Part shown: piece after piece, positions 1 to 6,814 of the stretch
Layout of the letters: each line of letters opens with the position of its first letter
How positions within the stretch are numbered: the first letter of the stretch is position 1
DNA from: a virus
Taxonomy: Duplodnaviria; Caudoviricetes
Reading direction: 5' to 3' (one strand)
Length of the DNA stretch: 29,398 bases
IMG/VR virus record: IMGVR_UViG_3300022858_000263
Span: 1 to 29,398 of that record
Translations under genes and position numbers: made by a program
The notes under the pieces: model-generated
Told to the model about the DNA's origin: nothing
Databases searched by the model: none
Seen by the model: the letters and a program-made list of their open reading frames with translations, nothing else

Positions 1-2
1 TA

Positions 3-143
3 AAAGGAATTCATAGAATAATAGCTGAGGTATTTTGGGGTGATAAAGGCAAAGAATTTGTTGTTAATCATATAGATGGAGTTAAAACAAACAATAAATT
101 ATCCAATCTTGAGTGGTGTACTTATGCTTCAAACATCAAGTAA
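3..143 (+). CDS. HNH endonuclease (HNH_3/NUMOD4-associated type), 5'-truncated by window edge
   Basis: Manual translation, not in the ORF track: KGIHRIIAEVFWGDKGKEFVVNHIDGVKTNNKLSNLEWCTYASNIK*. Matches the HRxxA...VNHIDGxKxNN...NLEW motif. Confidence 0.88.
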   Translation, partial: KGIHRIIAEVFWGDKGKEFVVNHIDGVKTNNKLSNLEWCTYASNIK

Positions 144-153
144 CCCCAAAAAT

Positions 154-297
154 ATGAATCACACTTATGAAACATCAGTAGAAGATGATGAGGAGCTGGA
201 TAAGATGAATCAAAAGGATATATGTGATGCCTGTGGCAATTACAAAACCAATAGAAAGAAAAAGTGGTGTAATTCGTGTGAATATGTTAATAGTTGA
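154..297 (+). CDS. Small zinc-finger protein
   Basis: CDAC...CNSC pairs. ATG 154 lies just after the HNH stop; the 76 start overlaps the HNH gene. Confidence 0.6.
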   Translation: MNHTYETSVEDDEELDKMNQKDICDACGNYKTNRKKKWCNSCEYVNS

Positions 298-352
298 TAA
301 CATATATTAAAATTGTGTCAAGTGAAAAAAGGGCTAATTACATGAATATCCC

Positions 353-381
353 TTGCTTATTATTAAAATCTATGATATTAT
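353..381 (+). promoter_or_regulatory. Sigma70-type early promoter with extended -10
   Basis: TTGCTT (353-358), 17 nt spacer, TATTAT (376-381), preceded by TG at 373-374. Intergenic, upstream of the recombination operon. Confidence 0.65.
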
Positions 382-390
382 TCTCATGCA

Positions 391-444
391 GTCAAAGGAA
401 TCCCATCTAGCCAATAGGCAAAATAGATTACCCGATTCCTAGAC
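391..444 (+). other. Structured 5' leader (nested stem-loop)
   Basis: Nested pairs GTC/GAC, AGGAATC/GATTCCT (396-402/434-440), ATCTA/TAGAT, GCC/GGC just downstream of the predicted TSS. Confidence 0.5.
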
Positions 445-463
445 AATCAATAACTATAACAAT

Positions 464-592
464 ATGTCCAACATCCCAAAAGGTTACAACGAAGATGGAG
501 AATATACCGGAGCAGACGATCCTACTTTTGATTTGATGGATGAGGATTATGAATCACCAATTGAAGATATTGATAATAAACTATACCAATAA
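464..592 (+). CDS. Small highly acidic protein (42 aa)
   Basis: Manual translation MSNIPKGYNEDGEYTGADDPTFDLMDEDYESPIEDIDNKLYQ*: 13 D/E versus 2 K. Fills the gap before the 604 gene. Confidence 0.7.
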   Translation: MSNIPKGYNEDGEYTGADDPTFDLMDEDYESPIEDIDNKLYQ

Positions 593-603
593 CCCAAAAT
601 ACC

Positions 604-1296
604 ATGCCTGATGATCAAGAGCTAACAACCAAAACCCAAAATACAGGTCTTTCAGTTGAAGAAATCCTTTTACAAAAGGCTCAACTTACTGAGTTAATGA
701 AAAATGTTTTAAAGGACAAAGAGCATTATGGTATTATTCCTGGCACAAAAAAGAGAACTCTATATAAGGCTGGTGCTGAAATAGTAGCTTTATGCTTTGG
801 AATTCATCCTGAGTATGAGGTTGAAAGAATAGATTTACCTGATGGCCATGTTGAATATATAGTTACTTGCTCAATGTTTAGAAATTCTGATGGCATGAAA
901 CTAGCTCAAGGTGTAGGTAGTTGTTCTTCAATGGAATCAAAATATAGATATAGGAAAGTTAAAAAATTTAATCCTGAAACTGAGAAGCAAGAAGAAACTC
1001 AAATTGAAAATCCTAAAAAAGAAGATCAGTTTAATACTGTTCTTAAAATGGCTAAAAAAAGAGCTATGGTTGATGGCACTATTACATCAACAGGTTCTTC
1101 AGATTTTGTAACTCAGGATATGGAAGATGTTGAAGAGCCTGAAAGCCAGTACAAAGAAGAGCTTGAAGCTCTCGAAACTGTGGATGAGCTTAAAAAGTAT
1201 TGGAAGAAAAATGAGGGAAGAGGTAAAGAATTTAGTAAAGCTGTTACTGATCGTAAAAAAGAATTAGAATCTAACCCCAAAGAAGATGCCAAATAA
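604..1296 (+). CDS. Putative single-strand annealing protein (Rad52/Redbeta-like fold)
   Basis: HYGIIPGTKKRTLYKAGAE...GVGSCSSMESKY...NTVLKMAKKRAMVD...TQDMED motifs of a common phage family; located near the YqaJ exonuclease and SSB. Confidence 0.6.
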   Translation: MPDDQELTTKTQNTGLSVEEILLQKAQLTELMKNVLKDKEHYGIIPGTKKRTLYKAGAEIVALCFGIHPEYEVERIDLPDGHVEYIVTCSMFRNSDGMKLAQGVGSCSSMESKYRYRKVKKFNPETEKQEETQIENPKKEDQFNTVLKMAKKRAMVDGTITSTGSSDFVTQDMEDVEEPESQYKEELEALETVDELKKYWKKNEGRGKEFSKAVTDRKKELESNPKEDAK

Positions 1297-1480
1297 TCTT
1301 AAATTCAAGCAGATAGCGTGTGGTACAGCTATAAATACAATTGGAGATATACTTCATGTACTATATGGACTAACTGAAGAGGGGGGTGTATATCAATATA
1401 ATGATGATAGGCACACAACAGGATGGCACAAATTACCAATGAATGAATTTTTACTACCTAACAAACCTAAAAATGACTGA
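1286..1480 (+). CDS. Hypothetical protein
   Basis: 64-aa ORF overlapping both neighbours by a few nt. Confidence 0.6.
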   Translation: MPNNLKFKQIACGTAINTIGDILHVLYGLTEEGGVYQYNDDRHTTGWHKLPMNEFLLPNKPKND

Positions 1481-2387
1481 ATTAAGCATGGATAAGTTCT
1501 CTCCAAAAAAAGCTGAACTACTAACACTAGCTGATAAATATAAAGCCCTTACAATCAAAGGAGTTGATGATAAAGAGGGATATCAGGCAGTAGATGAAGC
1601 AAGAAAGGATCTAAAAAAAGTAAGAGTAGAACTACAAAAAACAGGAAAGGGATTAAGACAAGAAGCTTTGGATTTTCAAAGGGCTGTAATATCCAAAGAA
1701 AAAGAATTGATTGAATTGATTGAGCCTGTTGAAAATGAATTACTAGGAAAGCAAATTAAAATTGATGAGGAAAAAGTAATTGCTGAAAGGCAAGAATTAC
1801 TACCGGAAAGAAAAGAAAGGCTTGCAGAAATTGGTGTAGAAATTTCTGATGCTGAATTATTGTTATTATCACCTGAAGAATTTACAACATTCTATAATGA
1901 AAAAAAGACTGAATACCTTGAGGAAAAAGAAAGAAAAATAATAGAAGCTGAAGAGGAAGTTGCTAGAGCTAAGTCAATTGAGGATGCTAAAAAGGAATCA
2001 CGATTGAAAGCTGAGGAAGAAGCTGAAGAAGAAAGAAAAGCAAAGGCAAAGGAGGTCAAAGAGGAAGCCAAAAAGAAAGCAGAAGAGGCTGAACAAGCTA
2101 AAATAGATGCAGTTAAAGAAGTTGAAGAGAAAGCTGAAAAGGAAAAACAAGATCTAATTGATAAGCAAGAAGAAGATGAAAGAAAAAGAATTGAAGCTGA
2201 GGATAAAGAAGAAAGAGAAAAGAAAGCAGAAGCTGAGAAGCAAGCTGAACTTGAAAAGGAAGATGAATATATCAAATTTCTAACTGATAATGGATGTACT
2301 ACTGAAACTCAAGATGATTTTCATGTAATCACTACTCAAACTACAAAAATACTTTATAAAAAGATAGCAACCTATAACCTTAAATAG
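1473..2387 (+). CDS. Coiled-coil protein of phage recombination module
   Basis: E/K/A-rich helical protein (YKALTIKGVDDKEGYQAVDEARKDLKKVRVELQKTGK). Start placed at ATG 1473 (MTELS) to minimise overlap. Confidence 0.8.
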   Translation: MTELSMDKFSPKKAELLTLADKYKALTIKGVDDKEGYQAVDEARKDLKKVRVELQKTGKGLRQEALDFQRAVISKEKELIELIEPVENELLGKQIKIDEEKVIAERQELLPERKERLAEIGVEISDAELLLLSPEEFTTFYNEKKTEYLEEKERKIIEAEEEVARAKSIEDAKKESRLKAEEEAEEERKAKAKEVKEEAKKKAEEAEQAKIDAVKEVEEKAEKEKQDLIDKQEEDERKRIEAEDKEEREKKAEAEKQAELEKEDEYIKFLTDNGCTTETQDDFHVITTQTTKILYKKIATYNLK

Positions 2388-2389
2388 TC

Positions 2390-2992
2390 ATGAAGATCCA
2401 CAATAATATTGAACAAAATACACCTGAATGGCACGAATTGAGAGCTGGAAAGCTCACAGCTTCTAATGCTTATGCAATTAGTGTTGCTAAGGATGGCCTT
2501 GAAACAGTAGTATTAGACACTATGGCTAGAAAGTTCTCATTTGCTGAACCTGAAAGTTATAGTAATGAAGATATGGAAAGAGGTAATGAGCTTGAATCTC
2601 AAGCTATAGATATGTATGAAATGGAAGCAAAAGTAAAAACTGAAACAGTTGGATTTGTATCATCAGATGATGGGTGTGCAGGTTGCTCACCTGATAAGTT
2701 TATTGACGATAAAGAGGGCATGGTGGAGGTGAAGTGCCCAAATGATAAAAACTTCTTAAAACTAATGGTATTAGGAATTAATGGCATTAAAAAAGAATAT
2801 ATATGTCAAATGCAAATGCAAATGTTGATATGTGAAAGAAAGTATTGCGTATTCGTTGCATACAATCCAAATTTTACAAAATCCCTGATCATACATAGAT
2901 TTGAAATAGATCCTGAAATGCAAGAGAAATTGAAAATTGGCATTTCAAAAGGCACAAACAGAATTAAAGAAATAGAAAATATGCTAAAATAA
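2390..2992 (+). CDS. YqaJ-like viral recombinase / lambda-type exonuclease
   Basis: EQNTPEWHELRAGKLTAS, MERGNELE, GCSPD, EVKCP, YICQMQ motifs. Confidence 0.92.
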   Translation: MKIHNNIEQNTPEWHELRAGKLTASNAYAISVAKDGLETVVLDTMARKFSFAEPESYSNEDMERGNELESQAIDMYEMEAKVKTETVGFVSSDDGCAGCSPDKFIDDKEGMVEVKCPNDKNFLKLMVLGINGIKKEYICQMQMQMLICERKYCVFVAYNPNFTKSLIIHRFEIDPEMQEKLKIGISKGTNRIKEIENMLK

Positions 2993-3019
2993 TTTTATAA
3001 TTCTTAACCCCCATATTAT

Positions 3020-3430
3020 ATGGCAGAATTTCCTTACACAAGAGGTGCAACAAATATGATTGCAGATGGTGATTATAATGCAGTCATACATGCAGTAAGC
3101 ATCTATAACAATCCCAATGGAGCAGATAAGCTCATTGTGGAATTCACATTAGAAGATGGAACACTTTTTAAATCTTTCTTCACTCCAGGATTTGAATCAT
3201 TTGATCAGATTTTGGTAATTGCAGGCATTAAGCTTGATAAGGCTGAAGGTAAATTTGATACCGAAGCGTTGAAAGATAAAATAGTTAAATTTACAACTAA
3301 GATTACCGAAGCTACAAATGGTAATGAATATTGTAATGTAATAACTATTGAAGAATTAGAAAAACCTAAATCTAAAAAGGATGAAGAAGCTCCTTTTGAG
3401 GATGAAGATGCTGAAAAAAAAAGCGACTAA
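3020..3430 (+). CDS. Putative single-stranded DNA-binding protein (OB-fold, DUF669-like)
   Basis: IADGDYNAVI...LIVEF...NGNEYCNV pattern, acidic C-tail with APF, position after the exonuclease. Confidence 0.6.
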   Translation: MAEFPYTRGATNMIADGDYNAVIHAVSIYNNPNGADKLIVEFTLEDGTLFKSFFTPGFESFDQILVIAGIKLDKAEGKFDTEALKDKIVKFTTKITEATNGNEYCNVITIEELEKPKSKKDEEAPFEDEDAEKKSD

Positions 3431-3483
3431 ACTTAAAAACAAGCAAGATTAAAGGCAAGACTGGTGATTACACAATTATAGAG

Positions 3484-3756
3484 GTGAATGGAAAACCAGT
3501 CTGCTCTTGCCCCTCATTTAAGTTTGGTACTAAACAAACTTGTAAGCATATAATGGCCAAACAGGCTGAGGATATATTGGGCACTAAGGCCAAAAAATAC
3601 CAAACACCTCAAGAAAAAATGAAAGAACGTGCTGAGGCTGCTAAATATGGAAAGGCCATAGCACCGGAAGTAAGTAAAAATACTGCTTATAAGAGTGTAG
3701 CAGAAAAGGTTGAGGAAGATCCTGAATTAGAAAAATTTATGAATCAAGTATCATGA
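3484..3756 (+). CDS. SWIM zinc-finger protein (true start unresolved; frame open from 3415)
   Basis: CSCPSF...CKH SWIM motif. The upstream in-frame sequence KGKTGDYTIIEV also looks like part of the domain. Confidence 0.7.
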   Translation: MNGKPVCSCPSFKFGTKQTCKHIMAKQAEDILGTKAKKYQTPQEKMKERAEAAKYGKAIAPEVSKNTAYKSVAEKVEEDPELEKFMNQVS

Positions 3757-4184
3757 AATTAGATCCAAACAAACCATTATCAGAATTAAAGCACCAAGCA
3801 AAATTTGTGCAATGGGCACGAGAACAGGGAATAAAAGTATGTGCTATTGCTCAATCAACATTTACAGATAGTTGGAAAGCCATAAACCAAAATAGAATGG
3901 CCGGAGTAGTAAAAGGATTACCTGATTTAGTGCTAGTGATCCCACCCAAGCTTAGAGAAAATAATCAAGGACAAATTCTATTTATAGAAATGAAAAAGGA
4001 AAAAGGAGGTGTAACAAGCCCTGAGCAAAAAATATGGATTGCCGATCTTAACTCTTGTAATGGGGTAGTAGCCCAAGTATGCAAAGGACACCAAGAAGCA
4101 ATTGACTTTACTAAACAATTTATCGAAACACCGCCCCCACCACCAACAGAAGAACAGTTGGAAGCAATAATCAATAACTTATAA
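3753..4184 (+). CDS. VRR-NUC domain nuclease (resolvase-like)
   Basis: E..HQ...GVVKGLPDL...FIEMK...GGVTSPEQKIW PD-(D/E)xK motifs; ATGA coupling. Confidence 0.88.
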   Translation: MKLDPNKPLSELKHQAKFVQWAREQGIKVCAIAQSTFTDSWKAINQNRMAGVVKGLPDLVLVIPPKLRENNQGQILFIEMKKEKGGVTSPEQKIWIADLNSCNGVVAQVCKGHQEAIDFTKQFIETPPPPPTEEQLEAIINNL

Positions 4185-4188
4185 TCAA

Positions 4189-4389
4189 ATGCCAAAAACA
4201 ATAAACTTAAAAGCTACTATTGATCAAACTAATGGAAGGATCACAAAAGACTATTTAGCCAGGCAAATGGTTAGAGGTACAGATACAATAAGAAAATGGA
4301 TAAAAGGAGGTCATATACCGGAAACAGCTATGAACAGATTGGAAGAGGTATTACAAAAGAATGACGTAGAAGTAATATATAATGATTAA
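4189..4389 (+). CDS. Small helix-turn-helix (Cro/XRE-like) DNA-binding protein
   Basis: TKDYLARQMVRGTDTIRKWIKGGHIP HTH pattern. Confidence 0.65.
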   Translation: MPKTINLKATIDQTNGRITKDYLARQMVRGTDTIRKWIKGGHIPETAMNRLEEVLQKNDVEVIYND

Positions 4390-4394
4390 TAATA

Positions 4395-4423
4395 TTGACT
4401 TTTATTATATGATATGCTATAAT
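4395..4423 (+). promoter_or_regulatory. Near-consensus sigma70 promoter with extended -10
   Basis: TTGACT (4395-4400), 17 nt spacer, TATAAT (4418-4423), with TG at 4415-4416. Confidence 0.85.
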
Positions 4424-4471
4424 AACAATATAAACAACTACTTAAATAATTTATTTCATAATTTCTATAAC

Positions 4472-4759
4472 ATGAAGAAATTTTTAATCACTTTAATAGC
4501 TGTATTAGCTTTTGTTCCATCAGCTTTTGCAGTAGATCACTTTGACAATGGCTATAGAGCTGAATCAGAAAGTGGCTATTTATATCTAACATCAGCAAAG
4601 AGCACAATCTTTGTTTGTGATGGAAGGTATATCACATCATTGGGAAATACTAATGTAAATTGTCTTACTGACAATGAAATTAAGTCTATAAGGGCTAAAA
4701 CACGCACATCACGATTTTTTACTCGTGTTGCTGAAGTGGGCAAATGGTTAAGTAAATAG
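4472..4759 (+). CDS. Small secreted protein
   Basis: Signal peptide MKKFLITLIAVLAFVPSAFA|V. The 4382 start runs through the promoter and is rejected. Confidence 0.8.
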   Translation: MKKFLITLIAVLAFVPSAFAVDHFDNGYRAESESGYLYLTSAKSTIFVCDGRYITSLGNTNVNCLTDNEIKSIRAKTRTSRFFTRVAEVGKWLSK

Positions 4760-4766
4760 TATTTTA

Positions 4767-4797
4767 AGGTCGGCATTGTGAAAAACCATGCCGGTCT
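4767..4797 (+). terminator. Stem-loop after secreted-protein gene (possible terminator or stabiliser)
   Basis: AGGTCGGCAT...ATGCCGGTCT stem with G-U pairs; no clear U-tract. Confidence 0.45.
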
Positions 4798-4862
4798 AAC
4801 TAATAATATTTAAACAGCTCTGACACGAGCCAAAAACAAATATCAAATAACCAAAAACAAAA

Positions 4863-5102
4863 ATGACAAATTTTTTACTAGCAGTATGGCTAATGGCTTT
4901 CTGCTTAATAGGAGCTTTACTTACACATTCAGTTGTAGAGTTCACCGACCACTTATTAAATAACAAAAATAAAAATGAAACGAACAAAACTCGATCAAAT
5001 GATCTTAATAATATTTATAATTCTCGCACTACTTGTATTGGGGCAATGCGACCTAAAGACAACAGATCAGGATTTAAAATTAAAAGAATTGGCTCATCCT
5101 GA
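4863..5102 (+). CDS. Small membrane protein
   Basis: N-terminal hydrophobic segment FLLAVWLMAFCLIGALL; 3' part overlaps the next gene by 128 nt. Confidence 0.45.
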   Translation: MTNFLLAVWLMAFCLIGALLTHSVVEFTDHLLNNKNKNETNKTRSNDLNNIYNSRTTCIGAMRPKDNRSGFKIKRIGSS

Positions 5103-5574
5103 GATATTCAAAATAGTAGAAGATGTAAATGCTGATGATTATTGTGCTAATAGCCCTGAGTGCTACATAACAGATGAGAATGGGGAAATACTTACATTTA
5201 ATCTTTTACCGCCTGAAACAGTCTTAAAATGGCAAATTCACAAAGTTACAATGCCTGATCATTCAGCATTTCAGAATGAAATAATGAGATATGCTTATAG
5301 GCTAAGTAATAATAAAGATTTTCTTTACACGTTAAGGGCTGAAAATGGCACGATAGATCCTAATAGGAGATCAAATATTATTGGAGCTAATGGATATTAT
5401 GATTATGGATTATGCCAACTTAACTATCAATGGCACTCAAATTTTATAGATTCAGATGAATTTAATGATTGGAGAAAGCAGATTGAATATTGTTATGAAG
5501 TATTCAAAAAAAGACCAGGAGCTTTCTATGGATATTACAAAAGACATTCTCAAAATAAACACTTTAAATTTTAA
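4975..5574 (+). CDS. Membrane-anchored lysozyme-like / lytic transglycosylase (SLT-type)
   Basis: N-terminal TM (ILIIFIILALLVLG), putative catalytic Glu in RAENG, DYGLCQLN motif, C-terminal FYGY. Confidence 0.75.
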   Translation: MKRTKLDQMILIIFIILALLVLGQCDLKTTDQDLKLKELAHPEIFKIVEDVNADDYCANSPECYITDENGEILTFNLLPPETVLKWQIHKVTMPDHSAFQNEIMRYAYRLSNNKDFLYTLRAENGTIDPNRRSNIIGANGYYDYGLCQLNYQWHSNFIDSDEFNDWRKQIEYCYEVFKKRPGAFYGYYKRHSQNKHFKF

Positions 5575-5578
5575 TATT

Positions 5579-5761
5579 ATGAATAGCTTTAAATATGTCC
5601 TACCTGCATATATACAAAAAGGTGTAATTTTAAGCCCACCATCCCATTCATTAATTTTTTCTGGTAAGTTCTGCCAATGTGGATCACCACTATATGAACG
5701 TGCAGATGGCAAAATTATATGTAAAGGATGTGCTAACCCAAAACCTATAAAAAAATCATGA
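5579..5761 (+). CDS. Small zinc-ribbon protein
   Basis: CQCGSPLY...ICKGC; ATG 5579 follows the SLT gene stop. Confidence 0.55.
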   Translation: MNSFKYVLPAYIQKGVILSPPSHSLIFSGKFCQCGSPLYERADGKIICKGCANPKPIKKS

Positions 5762-5841
5762 ATATTTTATTTCCTTTCACCATCGGATTTGCATTTGGGT
5801 TCATGTTTGCAGTCGGAATGGTGGTAATTATAATGATATGA
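5758..5841 (+). CDS. 27-aa single-TM peptide
   Basis: MNILFPFTIGFAFGFMFAVGMVVIIMI*, ATGA-coupled at both ends. Confidence 0.55.
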   Translation: MNILFPFTIGFAFGFMFAVGMVVIIMI

Positions 5842-6110
5842 AATTAGAAACCCTATCAAATGAAACTGAAAAACTCAGAGATGAAGTCCTTGAAAGACGA
5901 GATAATATTATGCGTACAATGGGCATACACAAAGAGCATTTACTTTTAACAGAGGAAAATGACAACTTAAATGAACTTGCTCAAATTATTACTTATACTA
6001 GATCAGGTGTAGATTGTGAATTACTAAACGAAGAAGTTGAGGAACGTATAAGAGCCTTGAGATTTGGGAAGTTGCATGAGAAGAATTTAAGACCTTCAAA
6101 ATTTAAATAA
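5838..6110 (+). CDS. Hypothetical helical protein
   Basis: 90-aa ORF with ATGA-coupled start. Confidence 0.7.
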   Translation: MKLETLSNETEKLRDEVLERRDNIMRTMGIHKEHLLLTEENDNLNELAQIITYTRSGVDCELLNEEVEERIRALRFGKLHEKNLRPSKFK

Positions 6111-6113
6111 CCT

Positions 6114-6139
6114 TACCAACTAACAATAAGATTATGGAA
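6114..6139 (+). repeat. 26-bp direct repeat, copy 1
   Basis: TACCAACTAACAATAAGATTATGGAA, identical to 6513-6538; includes the start codon. Confidence 0.95.
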
Positions 6140-6508
6140 GACGTAAATAAATTTAAAAAAAGCATAAGCGAAATCGCAAAATTGCATGGTATACCAGTTA
6201 TGTTTAATATCCATGTAAATGAACCAGTACTATTACTACCCAGCAGATATAAAGAAGTTGTAGAAGAAATTGTTGAGGAAGGTATTGAGATTATTGTAAA
6301 CACAAAATCTAAAAAATGGCATACTTGCAAAATCTCGTATGAGGAAGTTGTAAAACTTGTATTTGATGATAATCCATATCACAACAATGTGGTATATACA
6401 ATCACTTATCACTCAAAGAGTAGGGGCGATGGGACATTAATCAAAGGTGAAAGTGTAGATGTTTCAAATGGAATGATTATCAATGTATCACATACTAATA
6501 ACGCTTAA
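6134..6508 (+). CDS. Multi-ubiquitin (Multi_ubiq-like, beta-grasp) domain protein
   Basis: C-terminal 74 aa (IEIIVN...ISYEEVVKLVF...NVVYTITY...GTLIKGESVDVSNGMIINVSHTNNA) follow the remembered consensus of prokaryotic multiubiquitin domains. Confidence 0.8.
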   Translation: MEDVNKFKKSISEIAKLHGIPVMFNIHVNEPVLLLPSRYKEVVEEIVEEGIEIIVNTKSKKWHTCKISYEEVVKLVFDDNPYHNNVVYTITYHSKSRGDGTLIKGESVDVSNGMIINVSHTNNA

Positions 6509-6512
6509 CCAA

Positions 6513-6538
6513 TACCAACTAACAATAAGATTATGGAA
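6513..6538 (+). repeat. 26-bp direct repeat, copy 2
   Basis: Identical to 6114-6139. Confidence 0.95.
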
Positions 6539-6802
6539 AAACCACAACCAATAGATATGGAAAATCTAGTAAGAGAGGTAGTAGATGATAGGGCATATAG
6601 TTATGTAAACGCTGTGAATAAAATGAGAAGTATTGTAATAGCTTTACAAAACCATGCTGTTTATAGTCCAGAAATTCGTGATATTGCAGAAGAAAGTAAA
6701 CATTACTTACAATTAATTATAGATGGAAAAATAACCCCAGAAATAATAGATAAAATAAGGGAAGAAATGTACATTAAATGTAACAGAATATTAATCTTTT
6801 AA
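6533..6802 (+). CDS. Hypothetical protein
   Basis: 89-aa ORF, last gene of the + block. Confidence 0.7.
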   Translation: MEKPQPIDMENLVREVVDDRAYSYVNAVNKMRSIVIALQNHAVYSPEIRDIAEESKHYLQLIIDGKITPEIIDKIREEMYIKCNRILIF

Positions 6803-6814
6803 TGATAAACACAT

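Noticed and set aside
293-321. Leftward promoter (TTGACA at 321-316)
   Set aside because: Poor -10 (TATCAA at 16 nt) and no leftward gene; an antisense promoter cannot be excluded.
386-444. c-di-GMP-I riboswitch or tRNA in the early leader
   Set aside because: Only a GGCAAA fragment matches; no GAAA tetraloop/receptor second stem and no cloverleaf.
1892-2275. Antisense S/F-rich ORF, and similar shadow ORFs (2599-2787, 3965-4201, 4576-4776, 5452-5712, 6103-6330)
   Set aside because: Reverse-complement shadows of well-supported + strand genes.
4382-4471. N-terminal extension of the secreted protein (also the extended starts at 76, 1443, 5456, 13396, 23762)
   Set aside because: These run through promoters or neighbouring genes; downstream ATGs fit better.
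6114-6538. 26-bp repeats as a mini CRISPR array or att sites
   Set aside because: Only two copies, non-palindromic, 399 bp apart, each containing a start codon; no cas or integrase gene in the window.
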